A stretch of 61,733 bases of DNA, filler included, from Choristocarpus tenellus KU-1152 (taxonomy: Eukaryota > Protista > Phaeophyceae): NCBI GenBank assembly GCA_964200185.2. It is 14 parts of 14 records of this genome, joined end to end, with 100 filler letters (N's around TTAATTAATTAA, not from the genome) between each part and the next. Parts side by side here need not be neighbours in the genome. Positions count along the whole stretch, not along the records: positions 1 to 2,879 come from CAXNAD020023976.1; positions 2,980 to 6,097 come from CAXNAD020022203.1; positions 6,198 to 8,854 come from CAXNAD020025905.1; positions 8,955 to 12,283 come from CAXNAD020020770.1; 10 more parts are not named here. One strand, 5' to 3'. A program made the translations under genes and the position numbers. Below, in pieces: positions 1 to 12,383 of this stretch. Under the pieces are notes generated by a model. The model was not told where the DNA came from and ran no database searches. It saw nothing but the letters and a program-made list of their open reading frames with translations. Positions within the stretch are counted from its first letter, which is position 1. Every line of letters starts with the position of its first letter.

Positions 1-292
1 GGGGGACGGGAGTTAAGACGTGGGCTCCTCCCACCTCAAAAAACCCGACTAGAAAAAAGGGGCCCCAAAGGGACAGCCCCCCCCCCCCCCCCTCCCCCCA
101 GATAGTTTAAGCCTGTCCTATTAGTAACAGTGTACCCATTGCCCCTTAACCCACTCTTGCCGTGTGCCCCAATGCGCTTTGTGGGAGTATGCAGAGGGAG
201 CAGCAACTTCTGGAAGAGAGTGATCACCTTGCTGTGCACAGTGTACATCTATTTACTCAGAATCTCTACCACTATGCATCCAAGGACACGGT

Positions 293-550
293 GAGTGAAA
301 GTATCTTAGAGGGTACGAAGTTTTCCCTGTTTGTCCGTTTGGGTCATGGCTTCTCACGGGTGTTTAATGATATTTTACCCTCTCCAAAATGTTTAGGAGT
401 AGGTAAAATGTATAGTTATGAAAAGGTGTCTCTGGAACAAGGATATTGATATCTCCTAACAAACATGATAGCCAAAATTACATCAAACTTGTAACATTGG
501 ATTTTGACCTCCAAATGGACGCAGCTCTACCCTCTAAGATACTTTGGGTC
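293..550. mobile_element. MITE family A (258 bp, Sola2-like non-autonomous DNA transposon)
   Basis: TIRs GAGTGAAAGTATCTTAGAGGGTA ... TACCCTCTAAGATACTTTGGGTC; perfect 4-bp TSD CGGT. Confidence 0.9.
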
Positions 551-879
551 CGGTGAGACTTCTTATGGGGCAATCTAACAAACAACAGGGATTGATTTTA
601 TACTTTGAAGTAAGTTCCCGAAAGCATACAATTTTCCTCTGAAATGGCGTGTGCAATCTAAATCAAAATAAGAAATATTACGAAGTATTTCGAGGTAGTT
701 TAATCGTTGTACCCTATGATGCTTTGCACGTGAAACTATATCGCAAGAGCTACTGTAACTACAATAACAGTCGTCGTCAAGGCTAAGACACCTCCCAAAA
801 AAATATGTACCATTTGAAAACTGACAATACAACTATATCCCCTTATAGGTTGTTCACTGACAAGTAAAGTGTACACTGC

Positions 880-2720
880 TATGCCTCTAACCTAGCTTAG
901 CCCAACCAAAAAAGGTGGGTGAGGATCTAGGGAAGCATCCAAAGAATCTGTCAGGCCCCTTCTTGCCCACTTGCCCAACATCTCTAGCTCGAAACATATG
1001 GCGTGTCTCAAGAGAGCCAGTTGTGCAGTAGCAGACACTATCTGTCTCAAATGGGACTTCTTAGCCCTTTCCTACAATATCCCGCAGCCCCTCTCTCCCC
1101 TACTGCATGGGCAGCCAGCTCAACCAGGAAAACTCTCTGTCTGCTTAATAAGGTGCCCCAAAACTTCCATCCCAAAGGTGTTGAGATTACAATTATGAGG
1201 GTTAAAAGGTCCCTCGTAATGGGTGCACTTTCTTGCCTCGGCTGCAGCAGCAGCTACACCATTGCTGCTGGTGGATGAATGTGGCAAGTGACAGGCTGCT
1301 TGGACCATTGCATATAATAAATGTTCCAATGTACCGATTGGTGTATCTACACACTACTATTGTACCATTATTATAAAATATTACAATAATAAACATAACA
1401 ATCTTATGTTGTAGTGCAATTTAATTGATGTTTTTAACAGTACCGAGTCGTTTTAGTGTGTATCGCGTACTTAATCAAGTAACAGTACTATGCTACTGTA
1501 GTAAAGTTCTCTCCCAAAAAAATATAGTTACGGCATCTGGTAACACCAACAGAGGGAGTATTGCCAATGAACGTTTACCATCACTGAAAGTGCTGATGAT
1601 ATGCTCTTGGTGCATGAGAAGTGGAGTCCTTAAGCCAAGTGGCGTCCTTAGTGGATAGCCCCACTTTTTTTCCTCAAGTCATCTACACCGTGTGCGTGTA
1701 TTGTTGAAAACCTCCTGTTGGTCCTTCTTTCTCCTCAAAGAGATACTTGGGTTGGAGCACTAGGGCGAGGGGGGAGAAGGGCTTGAGGAACACAAGAGGA
1801 AATATGATGTGCCCTCCCTACCCCAGCGCACCAAGACATTTTCTGATCTTTTCTACCTGGGAGTTCAGTTTTATCCACACCTCGAGCACACTGATATCGT
1901 TGGCAGAAGATGATAGTTTTTGACCTCGGTTTTCAAGTTGATGGGAGGGTGTTATCCCTTATCCTCTTGACAGTCTGGTCACGAAGTGCTGCATGCAATA
2001 ACTGACACTGAGAGTTGAGTACTGTGGACACCAAGGATATCTTTGCCGATTTCAGTACATATGCCACGAAGAGGAAGCTTTTGGAAGTAGGTTTTTCAGT
2101 CTCTGCGTAATAATAATAGTACTGAATAATACTTGAAGTGTTGAGACCCATAGCATTATCCTAGAGGGGAGGTCAGGCGTCCATTGGGGGCCTCTTTGAC
2201 CCTGTAGTGATTGTCATGTTATATGAGTGAACGTGTCAGAGGTAGGGGCAATGTTCTTCATCTTGATGCGCCTTCCTTTTTCATACCCTTGCGTGACCCA
2301 AATTTGGAGGAAAAGCACCCCCAAAACGGGTATCAAACCGAGATATCTTACAGCACCTCATCAAGCCCCGGATGGACAACCTGGGCTAAACATTCCCCAC
2401 TCTAGGATACTATGACCCTTGAAGCCATTATCCAGCATATGCTCCGTGGGTGTGCTTAATGTATTTACTGTTTCACTCCCACCTGTGTGGAGCATACCTA
2501 GCTGAGCGGTATTATGGGAGGATCAAACCTCTGCTGGTTAACACATTGGTGGGAATGGATCATATTGGCAAAGGTCGTTTTTTGCTGTTACAGCTGAAGA
2601 CAGAAGTGAAAATATCACTTACCCATTTGCCCTATGTCCCTAGTAAAATTCTGAGCTGTGCTATGTCTCTATTTAAGGTCTGTATTGGTGTGACTGGAGA
2701 TAACTCCGTTAGAAATGTCA
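880..2720 (-). mobile_element. Degenerate non-LTR retrotransposon with restriction-like endonuclease (CRE/R2-type) remnant
   Basis: ORF 1120..1329(-) AAAAAEARKCTHYEG...NTFGMEVLGHL followed by LRQIVSATAQLA resembles the RLE C-terminus (AE..K..KY...F..E.FG.LG); VRYLG RT-like motif near 2340(-); many stops and frameshifts; boundaries approximate. Confidence 0.55.
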
Positions 2721-2729
2721 TTTGACTTA

Positions 2730-2879
2730 GGCTCAAAGTATCTGAGGGGGGTTGTGACTGTCCATTCGGGGCCCATTTTTCCATGTTGCGATTCTTGAGT
2801 GATTTGGTTGTATGCGTGAGATGGATAATATAAGTTCGCTTCTCCTTTTCAGGGCCCGAATGGACACCCTGGCGTAGAC
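2730..2879. mobile_element. MITE family B (poly-G) fragment cut by contig end
   Basis: GGCTCAAAGTATCTGAGGGGGG...GTCCATT; same terminus at 2997, 43454, 46795, 61651. Confidence 0.8.
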
Positions 2880-2979
2880 NNNNNNNNNNNNNNNNNNNNN
2901 NNNNNNNNNNNNNNNNNNNNNNNTTAATTAATTAANNNNNNNNNNNNNNNNNNNNNNNNNNNNNNNNNNNNNNNNNNNN
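2880..2979. other. Artificial contig linker (N44-TTAATTAATTAA-N44); same linker at 6098, 8855, 12284, 18568, 27508, 36059, 38744, 43509, 46836, 50435, 56304, 59010
   Basis: 13 identical 100-nt N blocks with a central palindromic six-frame stop cassette; the window is 14 unrelated contigs. Confidence 0.98.
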
Positions 2980-3431
2980 GATACATAATTTGTGAAGGCT
3001 CAACGTATCTAGGGGGGGGGGGTGGCGGCTGTCCATTTGGGGTCAATTTTTTCATGTTGCGATTTTTGGGTGATTTGGTTGCATACGTCGTATGGACAAG
3101 GTTGTATGGAGGTGGGTATTTTTCTACACGGGAATATATTCATATTATTATCCTTTTCATATTATTATCCTTCCAATATATTGATGTCACACTGTTTGCA
3201 ATTATTGTAGTCTGACATAGTGAACATTACATGCAGTCAGAGCAAGACTCTGGGACTGGGTGGTCTCAGATCTCAAGAATCCCTCTGGGTGAGCCCTAAC
3301 CCGAACTTTAACCCTTTCTCTAACTTGTACATCTTTACAAATTCAGTTTTGAACTCAGTTCTCTGCTTATGTTTGGAGCCTAAACCCTATCCCAAACGAT
3401 TTACCCTTCACCACCATCTTCCACCATTCAG

Positions 3432-4219
3432 GTGCTGGGAACTCCCTCAGATGAGAACTGGCCGGCATCCAAGTATCTTCCTGATTTTGGAAAGATCAGC
3501 TTTCCCTTTTCCCCACCAAAAGATCCAAAATGGGTTTTCCCTGGTGTATCACCAGAAGGTGTGGGCTTAGTGATGTCTCTGCTGAAGCTAGATCCAGAAA
3601 GGCGATGCTCTGCTGCAGAATCCCTTTCTCACAGGTAAATGCAATACTGCAGGTTGAGCATCTCGAGCCCTAACTCTAAAAATGGAGAAGGATCAGATGG
3701 ATATTGCAAAATAGGCTGGAACCTGTAAGGTTTCCTCTTTCATCAATATTGATGTGAATATATCAATAATGAGGAGGATAGGACATTGGTTAGGCATGTA
3801 TTTATATGAATATCATTGCCCCTAAGTTGACCCTGTCCACCACAACACTACAAACTTGTATTGTCCTAGGGTTATCGGGAAACGTCCAGTGACCCTAGCA
3901 AGTCTCCAATTCATTCCTCTCCTCCTCTCTTGCCATGCCCTTTCCTAATTTCCGTGCCTGGGATATTTTTTTTGTTTATGACGGGGGATTTCCTTTTCAT
4001 GAAAAAAGGTTCTTCTTCACACAACCCACCATGGCCAAGTGTTGTGAGCTACAGCCTGGTGATGCAAGCAATTCGTGGGGAAGAAAAGCTAAGGTTGATC
4101 TGGAAAAAGCAACAGGCAGAGGGGGAGGGGCGAAGAATATCTGCGATGAGGGATTCAAGTCGGGGATGGGTAGGGTAGAGGCATTTTTGGATGGTTTGAG
4201 TTCTCAGGAACCAAAGTAG
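3432..4219 (+). CDS. CDK20: CDK20/CCRK-like cyclin-dependent kinase, last two exons (3432-3634, 4009-4219)
   Basis: VLGTPSDENWPASKYLPDFGKISF...LLKLDPERRCSAAESLSHR|FFFTQP = kinase subdomains X-XI; LPD(F/Y)xKISF is typical of CDK20/CDKF; cag|, |gtaaat and aag| splice sites in phase 2; stop TAG at 4217-4219. Confidence 0.8.
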
Positions 4220-5716
4220 GAGACAGGGTGGCTAATGTGATGTACATGTGGTAATGATAAGAATATACATATATAACGTTTTTTGGAAATCTGCTTACTC
4301 AACTGGGAATATTCCGGGAGTCCTTTATTTGAGTGAGCTATTGACTATTGAGTAAGGGGGTTGGTGGTATGTTATCATAAGTTCATTAGCGTGAAGTTAA
4401 TTGCCGGTCTTGTAAGGTATGATGCCCAAATTCCATTACTGGTTTCATGCAGTAGTGTTCCTTTTTCTTTTTTTGTATCCCACTGGCACAGAACTATGTT
4501 GGACACTACACTAGAAACACTCTCTTGTGAAGAAAACAAACTCGTAGTGGCAGCTGCAGTCCTTGTCATTTTTTTTCCAGCAATATGTTTTGGGCATATC
4601 TCCCAAACCTGGTTGATTCTGGTGTAATATATTATTCTGTGTTTGTTGCAGCACAGCTTGGTCTATAGGACCCATGAGCTATTGGGGCCATGCAAAACCA
4701 GGGGTGTTTAGTAGTGGAGGCTGTTGTTTAATGTTGTAGGACACAAGCACATCATTGGATATAAATATTTTGAACCATGAGCAACAATGCTTCTTATCTT
4801 TTGAATGTCAGTGTTGCACTGGTATTATTGTGAAAACGAGTTTTTTGGTGTTTGGCGGCGAACTCATCACATTTGGTGTGTATGCTGTTGATAGAAGTGG
4901 TGTTGGGTATATTCCTTAGGTGGTACTTGTTCTGGAGATTAGTAGGAACAAAAGTATAAGCTACCAAATATGCAACTCATTTTCTGAAAACACAATGTGT
5001 TTGAAAGAAGCTCTTCAGAAAATGCGATATGCGAAGGATATTTTTTTGTGTGGAGTAATTCTCATTTATTTTATATTTGAGGACTGGGCTTCATAGGTGA
5101 AGCCAAGGAAGGGCAATGCACTGTCTCACTGCTCACTGCTTAGGACATCCTCCTGATAAACACTCCCCCTTGCTATACCTGTTTTCAGGTTATTTTTTGG
5201 AGAAGGTGTAAGTATACTTGGATGATCTATACTAGGACGATCTAATCCCTCCAATATTCCCTTGGGACCTATATTCTCTCTACCTATGTCATGATCTGCT
5301 GCCCATTTGTTGTTAGACAGATTTGCAATTTAGTAATTTGGGTGAAAGAATAAGATGCTGGGGATTGCTGATGAGTCTGGATTTTGCTTCGACCCTAAAC
5401 CTAACCCTAAAAAATGGGCAGAATAACAAACGTGAAAATATTTATGCATGTCCATAATTCATGCTCTACCACATATCTCCCCCCAGTGCATTTCAGTTGC
5501 ATGTAACTCCTTGCCCATACACGATTTGATCCAGACAAACTGATGAAAGTGGTTGAGCTAAAATAAAACCCAAAAAATCGCGAATAGAAATTATTTTGAC
5601 CAATGGAACGCTTCCAATAACTATGAACCCATCTTTTTCTATGCCATTCCATTAATATTTCAATTTCCATTCTTGTGCATTCAACTAAATAAATTGGTCT
5701 CTTACAGAATTCTTGA

Positions 5717-5812
5717 GAATCAATGTATCTCAGAGGGTAGAGTCGTGTCTGCTTGGAGACCAAAATCCAATGTTGCGATTTAGATATAATTTTGCCTATC
5801 ATGTTGTTAGGA
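5717..5812. mobile_element. Truncated MITE family A
   Basis: gtatctcagagggtagag...aaaatccaatgttgcgattt...gttagg; ends abruptly in TTAGGG repeats. Confidence 0.75.
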
Positions 5813-5852
5813 TTTTAGGATATTAGGGTTAGGGTTTAGGGTTAGGGTTAGG
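5806..5852 (+). repeat. Interstitial telomere-like (TTAGGG/TTTAGGG)n
   Basis: ttagggttagggtttagggttagggttagg. Confidence 0.85.
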
Positions 5853-5949
5853 AACAAGAGGTGCGAAAACAATACCAACAAATTTAGAAAAAAAACTCCT
5901 AGTATTTAGTAGAAGTGCATGTAACCAAAAGGTGAGAAGAGGGCAACAG

Positions 5950-6072
5950 GTGGTACTTTCTAGAACATACCATAATTTTGAAAAATTGCATTAACCTCGT
6001 GGTACTTTCTAGAACATACCATAATTTTGAAAAATTGCATTAACCTCGTGGTACTTTCTAGAACATACCATA
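5950..6072. repeat. 49-bp tandem repeat, ~2.5 copies
   Basis: Unit gtggtactttctagaacataccataattttgaaaaattgcattaacctc. Confidence 0.9.
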
Positions 6073-7189
6073 TTTTGTATCAGTCCCGGGCCATTAANNN
6101 NNNNNNNNNNNNNNNNNNNNNNNNNNNNNNNNNNNNNNNNNTTAATTAATTAANNNNNNNNNNNNNNNNNNNNNNNNNNNNNNNNNNNNNNNNNNNNGGG
6201 GGGGGGTCATGTTTATCTGTGCAGTGTGGTGTGAGATGTATAAATTTTTGCAGTTGGCTTGCAGGGAGGGGGCGTATGGTATGAGAAGCCAACAATATGT
6301 GAGAAGAAATGAAATAGCGTGCTTTGATTATGGCATGTTTTTGTTGCCCTCTTACACACCATGGTAGAAATCTTTGGGGGGGGGGGGCTTTTGTGTTGGG
6401 TGTGACTGTACATGACTGGGGCGATGCTGGGTTTGTAGAGATCTGATCTGTGGGTGCATGTATGGAGGATGGGTTGGGATGAAGATAGATGGAGGGATGT
6501 GGATGTTTTTAGAATGTTGACACTGCTGCTGGTTGATGGTTATGATTATTTGTATGTATTTCTATATCTACTCTCTCTCCCTCTTTGTGATGCACTATTT
6601 TGTTTCCTGTAGACTGTCGTTGAATCTTTCTTCTATTTTGTTTCCTTGCTTGCCCGAAGGGCTCACTGATTGTACCTCATGTGGTTGATTCTCACTGATC
6701 TTGCCTCTCTATCTTGGATGTGTGTGTGCTGTGAATGAACCCTTTTTGCTCATGGAGAGGCTACCCACCCCTTGTGTTACCTGCTGTTGATTGAGTTGTG
6801 AATCCCAAGCGTACTTTTTTTCTTTATTGTGTATTTTTTTTTAATTTCAGTGTTTTTTTTGTTTTATTCAGTTGAAATGTGAATATTCGATGTTCCAAAG
6901 GAAGAAAAAAATGATGCAGGTTATAGAAAAAATCTGTCTGTTTTGGGATAGAAACTTAATAGATGAAGAAGTTGATTGTTTCATTTTTTTGGAGTTGGAA
7001 TCGCTTAGGAAAGAAACTCAAAATTCACCTTATTTAAAAAACAATATCCCCTCCTATGCGGCACGTGATGTTTCTGCTATCTCACCGGTTCAAGTAATCT
7101 TGCTATCATATTATGAAGTAGGTTTTTATGTCCAAAAGGTGCTTTTTGCTCTGTCACAAAGTATATGTATGGTGAATGGAACAATATCT

Positions 7190-7190
<1 letters not shown>

Positions 7191-7221
<31 letters not shown>
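7191..7221. repeat. (AG)n microsatellite lying between a ~50-bp direct duplication (7117-7166 / 7261-7310)
   Basis: aagtaggtttttatgtccaaaaggtg...gtcacaaagtatat occurs on both sides. Confidence 0.85.
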
Positions 7222-7224
<3 letters not shown>

Positions 7225-8727
7225 TGAAAAATGGTCAAGTAAATAAGGCTATTATATTGTAAGTAGGTTTTTATGTCCAAAAGGTGTTTTTTGCTCAGTC
7301 ACAAAGTATATTCATTGATTAGTTTGAAACAGGAGTTGAGGAAATAAACAAGAAAAAGAAGGAATGTAGAAGTAAGCTAGTTTCTCACTTGGCATTGTAA
7401 GTGTTTTGACGTGTGGTTTTTACTCCCCTCCCCTGGCTGTTACATGTTATATCATGAGTGAGAAGGCTGGAGCTGGAGGGCAGCGGGTCTGAGGGTGAGA
7501 GGTCGACTGCGAGCCCCGGTTCTGCTGGGCATCAATCGCCCCAGGTCCGGATAAGCATGCCTACAGAGGCGGAGCCGTCGGGTCAGGCCGCTGGGGGAAA
7601 GCCCGGGCAACTGAGGCAGCGCTCTACCCTGAGGGAGATGCTTGTGAGTTTTTATATATTTTTATTGAAGCTTTGACTTTTATAAAAATGTTAATTTTTG
7701 TTCTTAATTTTTGTCTGTTTTATCCTTTTCTTTTTTTTTTGATGTACGATTGAGTGAGCATTGCCTCTACGTTATGAATGTATTGTATTATTTTTTGATG
7801 TACTGTATCTACATAGTTTGTTATTTCGTACCTTGTTTTATTTTATTTTTTATATATTTTGGTAATTCTTACGTTTAAATAATCGATGTTTTATTGTGTT
7901 TACTATTTTGTTACCTGTCTGTATGTGACGTATGCCTGCACTGCCGTGTATCGACTTCTTTTTTATTTCTTAATATTTTTGATGTACTAGCAAGTACTAA
8001 ACCGCCACTTTTATTTTTATTTTATTTTTACTCCTACATTATTTTCTCCTTTTTTATAAATAAATTTTGTGGCATGTTTGTGTGTGTGTTTTTTTTTCTT
8101 TTTTTTTCTTGGCGTTGAGTAAGTAAGTAGCAACAATTCTATCCTTCTCATTGGTCGTGTTGAAGAGTATTCGTCAAGACTATCCATCACGGAAACTCAG
8201 ATTGCCGAGAGGAGAGGAGGGGGGGTGTTTGAGTGCCCCTGTCAAGATCGTTGTAGACAGTAAAATCAAAAGGAGGATTATAGATTTGGTTGCATCAGAA
8301 CTTAATTTTGAAGAAACATTTTTTGTTTCTGCATATCTTGATTTAATAATTCTATATTTTCCTTGATTCTTGAACTAATAGATGATTTTTCTTTAATTAT
8401 TGCGGAGAGCGAGAATATTAAATACGCCCAAATTTCAAACCTCCTGATCGGCTGATATTTATACATACATATATATATATATATATATATTAGTCTGTCC
8501 TTACTTTATGAGTGCTGCATGATCGTCGTCGAACTTCCTTGCAGACTGCCTTTCCGCAGTCTCTTCTATCGATAAATTTGATCCAGTGGAATCATTTTTG
8601 GAATGGAAAAAAAAAAACATAAAAAAAAAAATTGTTACGAGGGCTAAGAATGATTTAAAAATTGAAAATTAAAATACAAAAATTGGTATCTCGTTTTGCT
8701 TCACTGACATGTAGCATATATATATAT

Positions 8728-8854
8728 TGTAAATGTAAATGTAAATGTAAATGTAAATGTAAATGTAAATGTAAATGTAAATGTAAATGTAAATGTAAAT
8801 GTAAATGTAAATGTAAATGTAAATGTAAATGTAAATGTAAATGTAAATGTAAAT
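8728..8854. repeat. (TGTAAA)n hexamer microsatellite, >=21 units, runs into gap
   Basis: Perfect repeat seen directly. Confidence 0.95.
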
Positions 8855-8954
8855 NNNNNNNNNNNNNNNNNNNNNNNNNNNNNNNNNNNNNNNNNNNNTT
8901 AATTAATTAANNNNNNNNNNNNNNNNNNNNNNNNNNNNNNNNNNNNNNNNNNNN

Positions 8955-9135
8955 GCTATCGTGCCTGTTAGGAAGTGTCAATATCCTTGTTCCGGACACA
9001 CCTTTTCATAACGTATATATTTTACCTACGCCGAAATCATTTCGGAGTGGGAAAAAGTCCTAAAAACCCCGAAGGAAATCAAGCCCCAAATGGACAAACA
9101 GAGCAAAACTCGTACCCTCTAAGATACTTTCAATC
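8955..9135. mobile_element. MITE family A (partial) inserted in a mariner transposase
   Basis: Ends ...TACCCTCTAAGATACTTTCAATC; transposase codons resume immediately after. Confidence 0.85.
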
Positions 9136-9773
9136 GGAAGTGGTACACAGAGGAGTTGCTGCCCTCAATCAAGACCAAGATGCCTTGGGTGCACGGGAAG
9201 TATGCTGTCGTTCCGCAAGACAGTTCCACCCTGCACATGGGCAAGGGCAACTCAAAGATCTTGTCAGGGGCAAGGAAGACTTAGGGGCGGTCGATTAGGC
9301 TTGTGACGCAGCCATCGAACTCCCACGACCTCAATATCATTGACCTGTGCTTCTTCAGGTCTTTGAAATGTCGGGTGATGGGGGAGTGGTTTGGGTCTGT
9401 CGAGGAGATGGTGAAGTTCATTGGGAAACAATATGAGGAGTATGATGAAACCACACTTGAGAGGGCTTGGCAGCTCCTTCTTGTGGTGTACAGTCAAGTA
9501 CTCAGATACAAAGGGGGGAATGACTTCAGTGTCGAGCACACAGGGGTAAAGAAGAGGCAGTTGTCTGGTGAGCTTGAAAACACGCCGAATGTAGACATGG
9601 AGGCTTTTTCTGTGGTGGATAAAATTGTGACGGATGGGGAGTAATAATAATCAAAACAGCTGACCCTAACCAGAAATTCATCAAGGATTCCAAATCTTCT
9701 ATTCAGAAATTAATTTCACGAACATCTTCAAACGTTGTGCACAATGCAGCACAGACGTATGGCACGGACGTAG
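9136..9773 (+). mobile_element. Mariner-like transposon 3' part (DD39D-related), pseudogenised
   Basis: KWYTEELLPSIKTKMPW...VPQDSSTLHMGKGN...LVTQPSNSHDLNIIDLCFFRSLK...GGNDF; in-frame TAG; 3' end ...GGCACGGACGTAG|TA shared with the copy at 26135. Confidence 0.85.
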
Positions 9774-9849
9774 TATTATATTTAGAACTTAGTGAAACAG
9801 GATACAAGATTCATGTAGAGTGAATAGTAAATAGGGACGATTTGCCATG

Positions 9850-12262
9850 ACCCGATTCCGAGTATAAATATTTTGTTATCTGTATGGCCATGCCGAGTTC
9901 ATGGCCGTCACTACTCAACATGATCAGGCCTGCCCGCTGGCCATCTACAACCAATATCAGACGCAACCGAGTCTATGCTCATTGAGCGTTTCAACGTGCC
10001 TTGGTTTAGGCCCACTCGCAGTCATATGGAATATAATGGATATGATAACTGCCTGCCCTGTTGGAAACCACAGCAAAAAATCTCTCAGATTAAGGATACC
10101 CTTTCAATTATGAAGATGCTACCGTTTCACCAGGGTACACAGTTGCGCAGATGGTTGCGAAACAGTCTACAGGTACCTCAGTATTTGACTTGCCTAACTC
10201 TGTGAAAATGGTTGAAAGTACAAAATTCATAATATATTGTACAGCTCCCTGTGGAAGAGGATGGACACCCCATGACACATTTCAAAGATATTTCCCAGTA
10301 TTATTCTCCCTACACAATGTTGTTTGCCACTGATACACTGGAGTGTATATACCAATTCGAAGCACTTCAAAGTTTTTCACCAGATATTGACCAGTGACAT
10401 GAGGGTAAAGATGGAAGTTGTTTTTCAACCTGTCCGATTTTTGCGTTAAAATAATTTCACAATTCCACAATTTACTGAAACCCTACATATGAGTAACCAG
10501 TACTCTGGTAAATCACAATTTTCGACCATCCTTTTTATTATGTCGAATTTATCAATCAAATTCTTGGACTCCACCTCGTCATCAACAACGGTAAGTATAG
10601 GGTTGAGAGAAAGGCAGTCATAGTCCAGATTGAGGTTACTAAAGGCATATCTACCTCTAACTCCACCATGCATTCTAACTATTGAGCTCATACCCTCCCA
10701 AGCGACACAAACACATTTAGGCGCTTGGAAAGCGTCAGGTATAGGAAGTATGCAGTATAGAAACTCCGAAGTATTTGTAATTGGAAAAAGTTTACATAGA
10801 CAGTCAGACCTCTCTGCAATCAGTGCTCTCCAGGCCCCTTGCCATATTTGTCCTCTCTGCTGCGATTCTTCCTGAATGGAGCAGAGCCCATGTAAGGAAG
10901 ACTCCAGCCAATTGCGCCAGAACTCGCATCCTTGCCTTAAAATTGGCTCCAAATCTCCTTACAGCTTCAAACAAGTTTTGCCACAAACTGGACAACTGTA
11001 ATGGTGACAGAGGGGAGGTCAGACGACAATATTATAGGAAGTATAAAATTTGGTTAGGAAAGAACGATGTTTTTTTGGTACCGGGTACATCAAATATGTC
11101 GAGTGTAAAAATGGGATCCACAACAGAGGGACCTCCACTTCTAAGGACACACGTAGGGAATTGTGCGTGTAACTCTACGCTGTTCCTATTCCAATTGTCG
11201 ATCAGGTATTAGGAGTCCACTACTCTTGGCCTAACGACGAATGTTACATTAATTTGCAACAGATAAGAAATTCAGTCCCCACTGTAGGCGAGCTTTCATA
11301 TACTAGATTTCCAGACTGTTCTGTGATTTTTACCGAGACGGTCCAGAGGTAGGCCACGCAGCAGATCGCTTTGCGATGCCTATCTGGCATAGGTAATGGG
11401 CGCAGGCACCCAAAATAATCATCCCCGTTTGGGTAAAGCCTCCAACATTTTGTGCCTCTACCCCTAACACCACACACAACACATGCGATCACAGGACAGC
11501 AATGTCCGAATGTATAATAATTTTCTTTGTCCACATCCTTCCTTCCCGCGACAGAAGAATATATGGGCTGAAATCTTGTATTGCGGAGGGAATGTGTATA
11601 CTGCTGTATACTTCACGCATGTACAATCAGTCCGCTTTTACAAGAAACCTCATACTCTTGACTTCTACTCGTTGCAATGCATGCTTCAAAGTATATTACC
11701 AACGTGATCCCTCATAAAGAAATGTGGCGATCAATAGAACAACTCATCTTCTGGTAGCCTCGAACAGCCTACACGGCCTTAATCGTTGGCATTGGGTTGG
11801 TTTGCTGCCAGAACTGGAAAGATCAAAGAAGGTTTGTCCCGATTCTCGAACTAGCCCTGCTCCACGGTAGTTAGGTGTTTCCTGAAAGAGAAGATCTTGT
11901 TCCAGTGATCGAAAATCTCGTTTTTGGTGAAAAGTAATATTTTTTGGATGGTAGAACTTGGTTGACAAAAAGATCCAACATACTCTGTTCAACGTTCTTT
12001 TTTTTTGGGTTCTTTTTCTACCTCAGATATCTCATTTTGAAATATTTTTCTTTTTGTACTCGTTTGTTTATATCATAAAATTGATTGAGGGGAATCATCT
12101 TATTAATTGGTTGAAAGTTTGGTCAGTTTGTTGGTAGTCATGTATAGTAAAAAAAGAGGAAAAAAGTTATTTATAATTGATAGTGAACCCTTGAGCAATT
12201 GCTGATCAAATATCAAACAGCCGATTTCAAAATTGAGGATGGAACTTTTCATTGAGGATGGG
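9850..12262 (-). pseudogene. Heavily decayed large ORF of a probable transposon, with DEDD 3'-5' exonuclease-like motif (tentatively DUF6729-like)
   Basis: Fragmented frames: LFY*SPHFF, IFFCRGKEGCG, KMLEALP, and downstream YDCEWA...GQRAGLIMLS; no introns recognisable; many stops. Confidence 0.35.
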
Positions 12263-12383
12263 CTTGACCCAAAATTGACTGGGNNNNNNNNNNNNNNNNN
12301 NNNNNNNNNNNNNNNNNNNNNNNNNNNTTAATTAATTAANNNNNNNNNNNNNNNNNNNNNNNNNNNNNNNNNNNNNNNNNNNN

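Noticed and set aside
5950-6072. CRISPR-like repeat
   Set aside because: Head-to-tail tandem with no spacers, eukaryotic context, no cas genes
8662-8910. Cys-Lys repeat protein ORF
   Set aside because: Translation of the (TGTAAA)n microsatellite running into a gap
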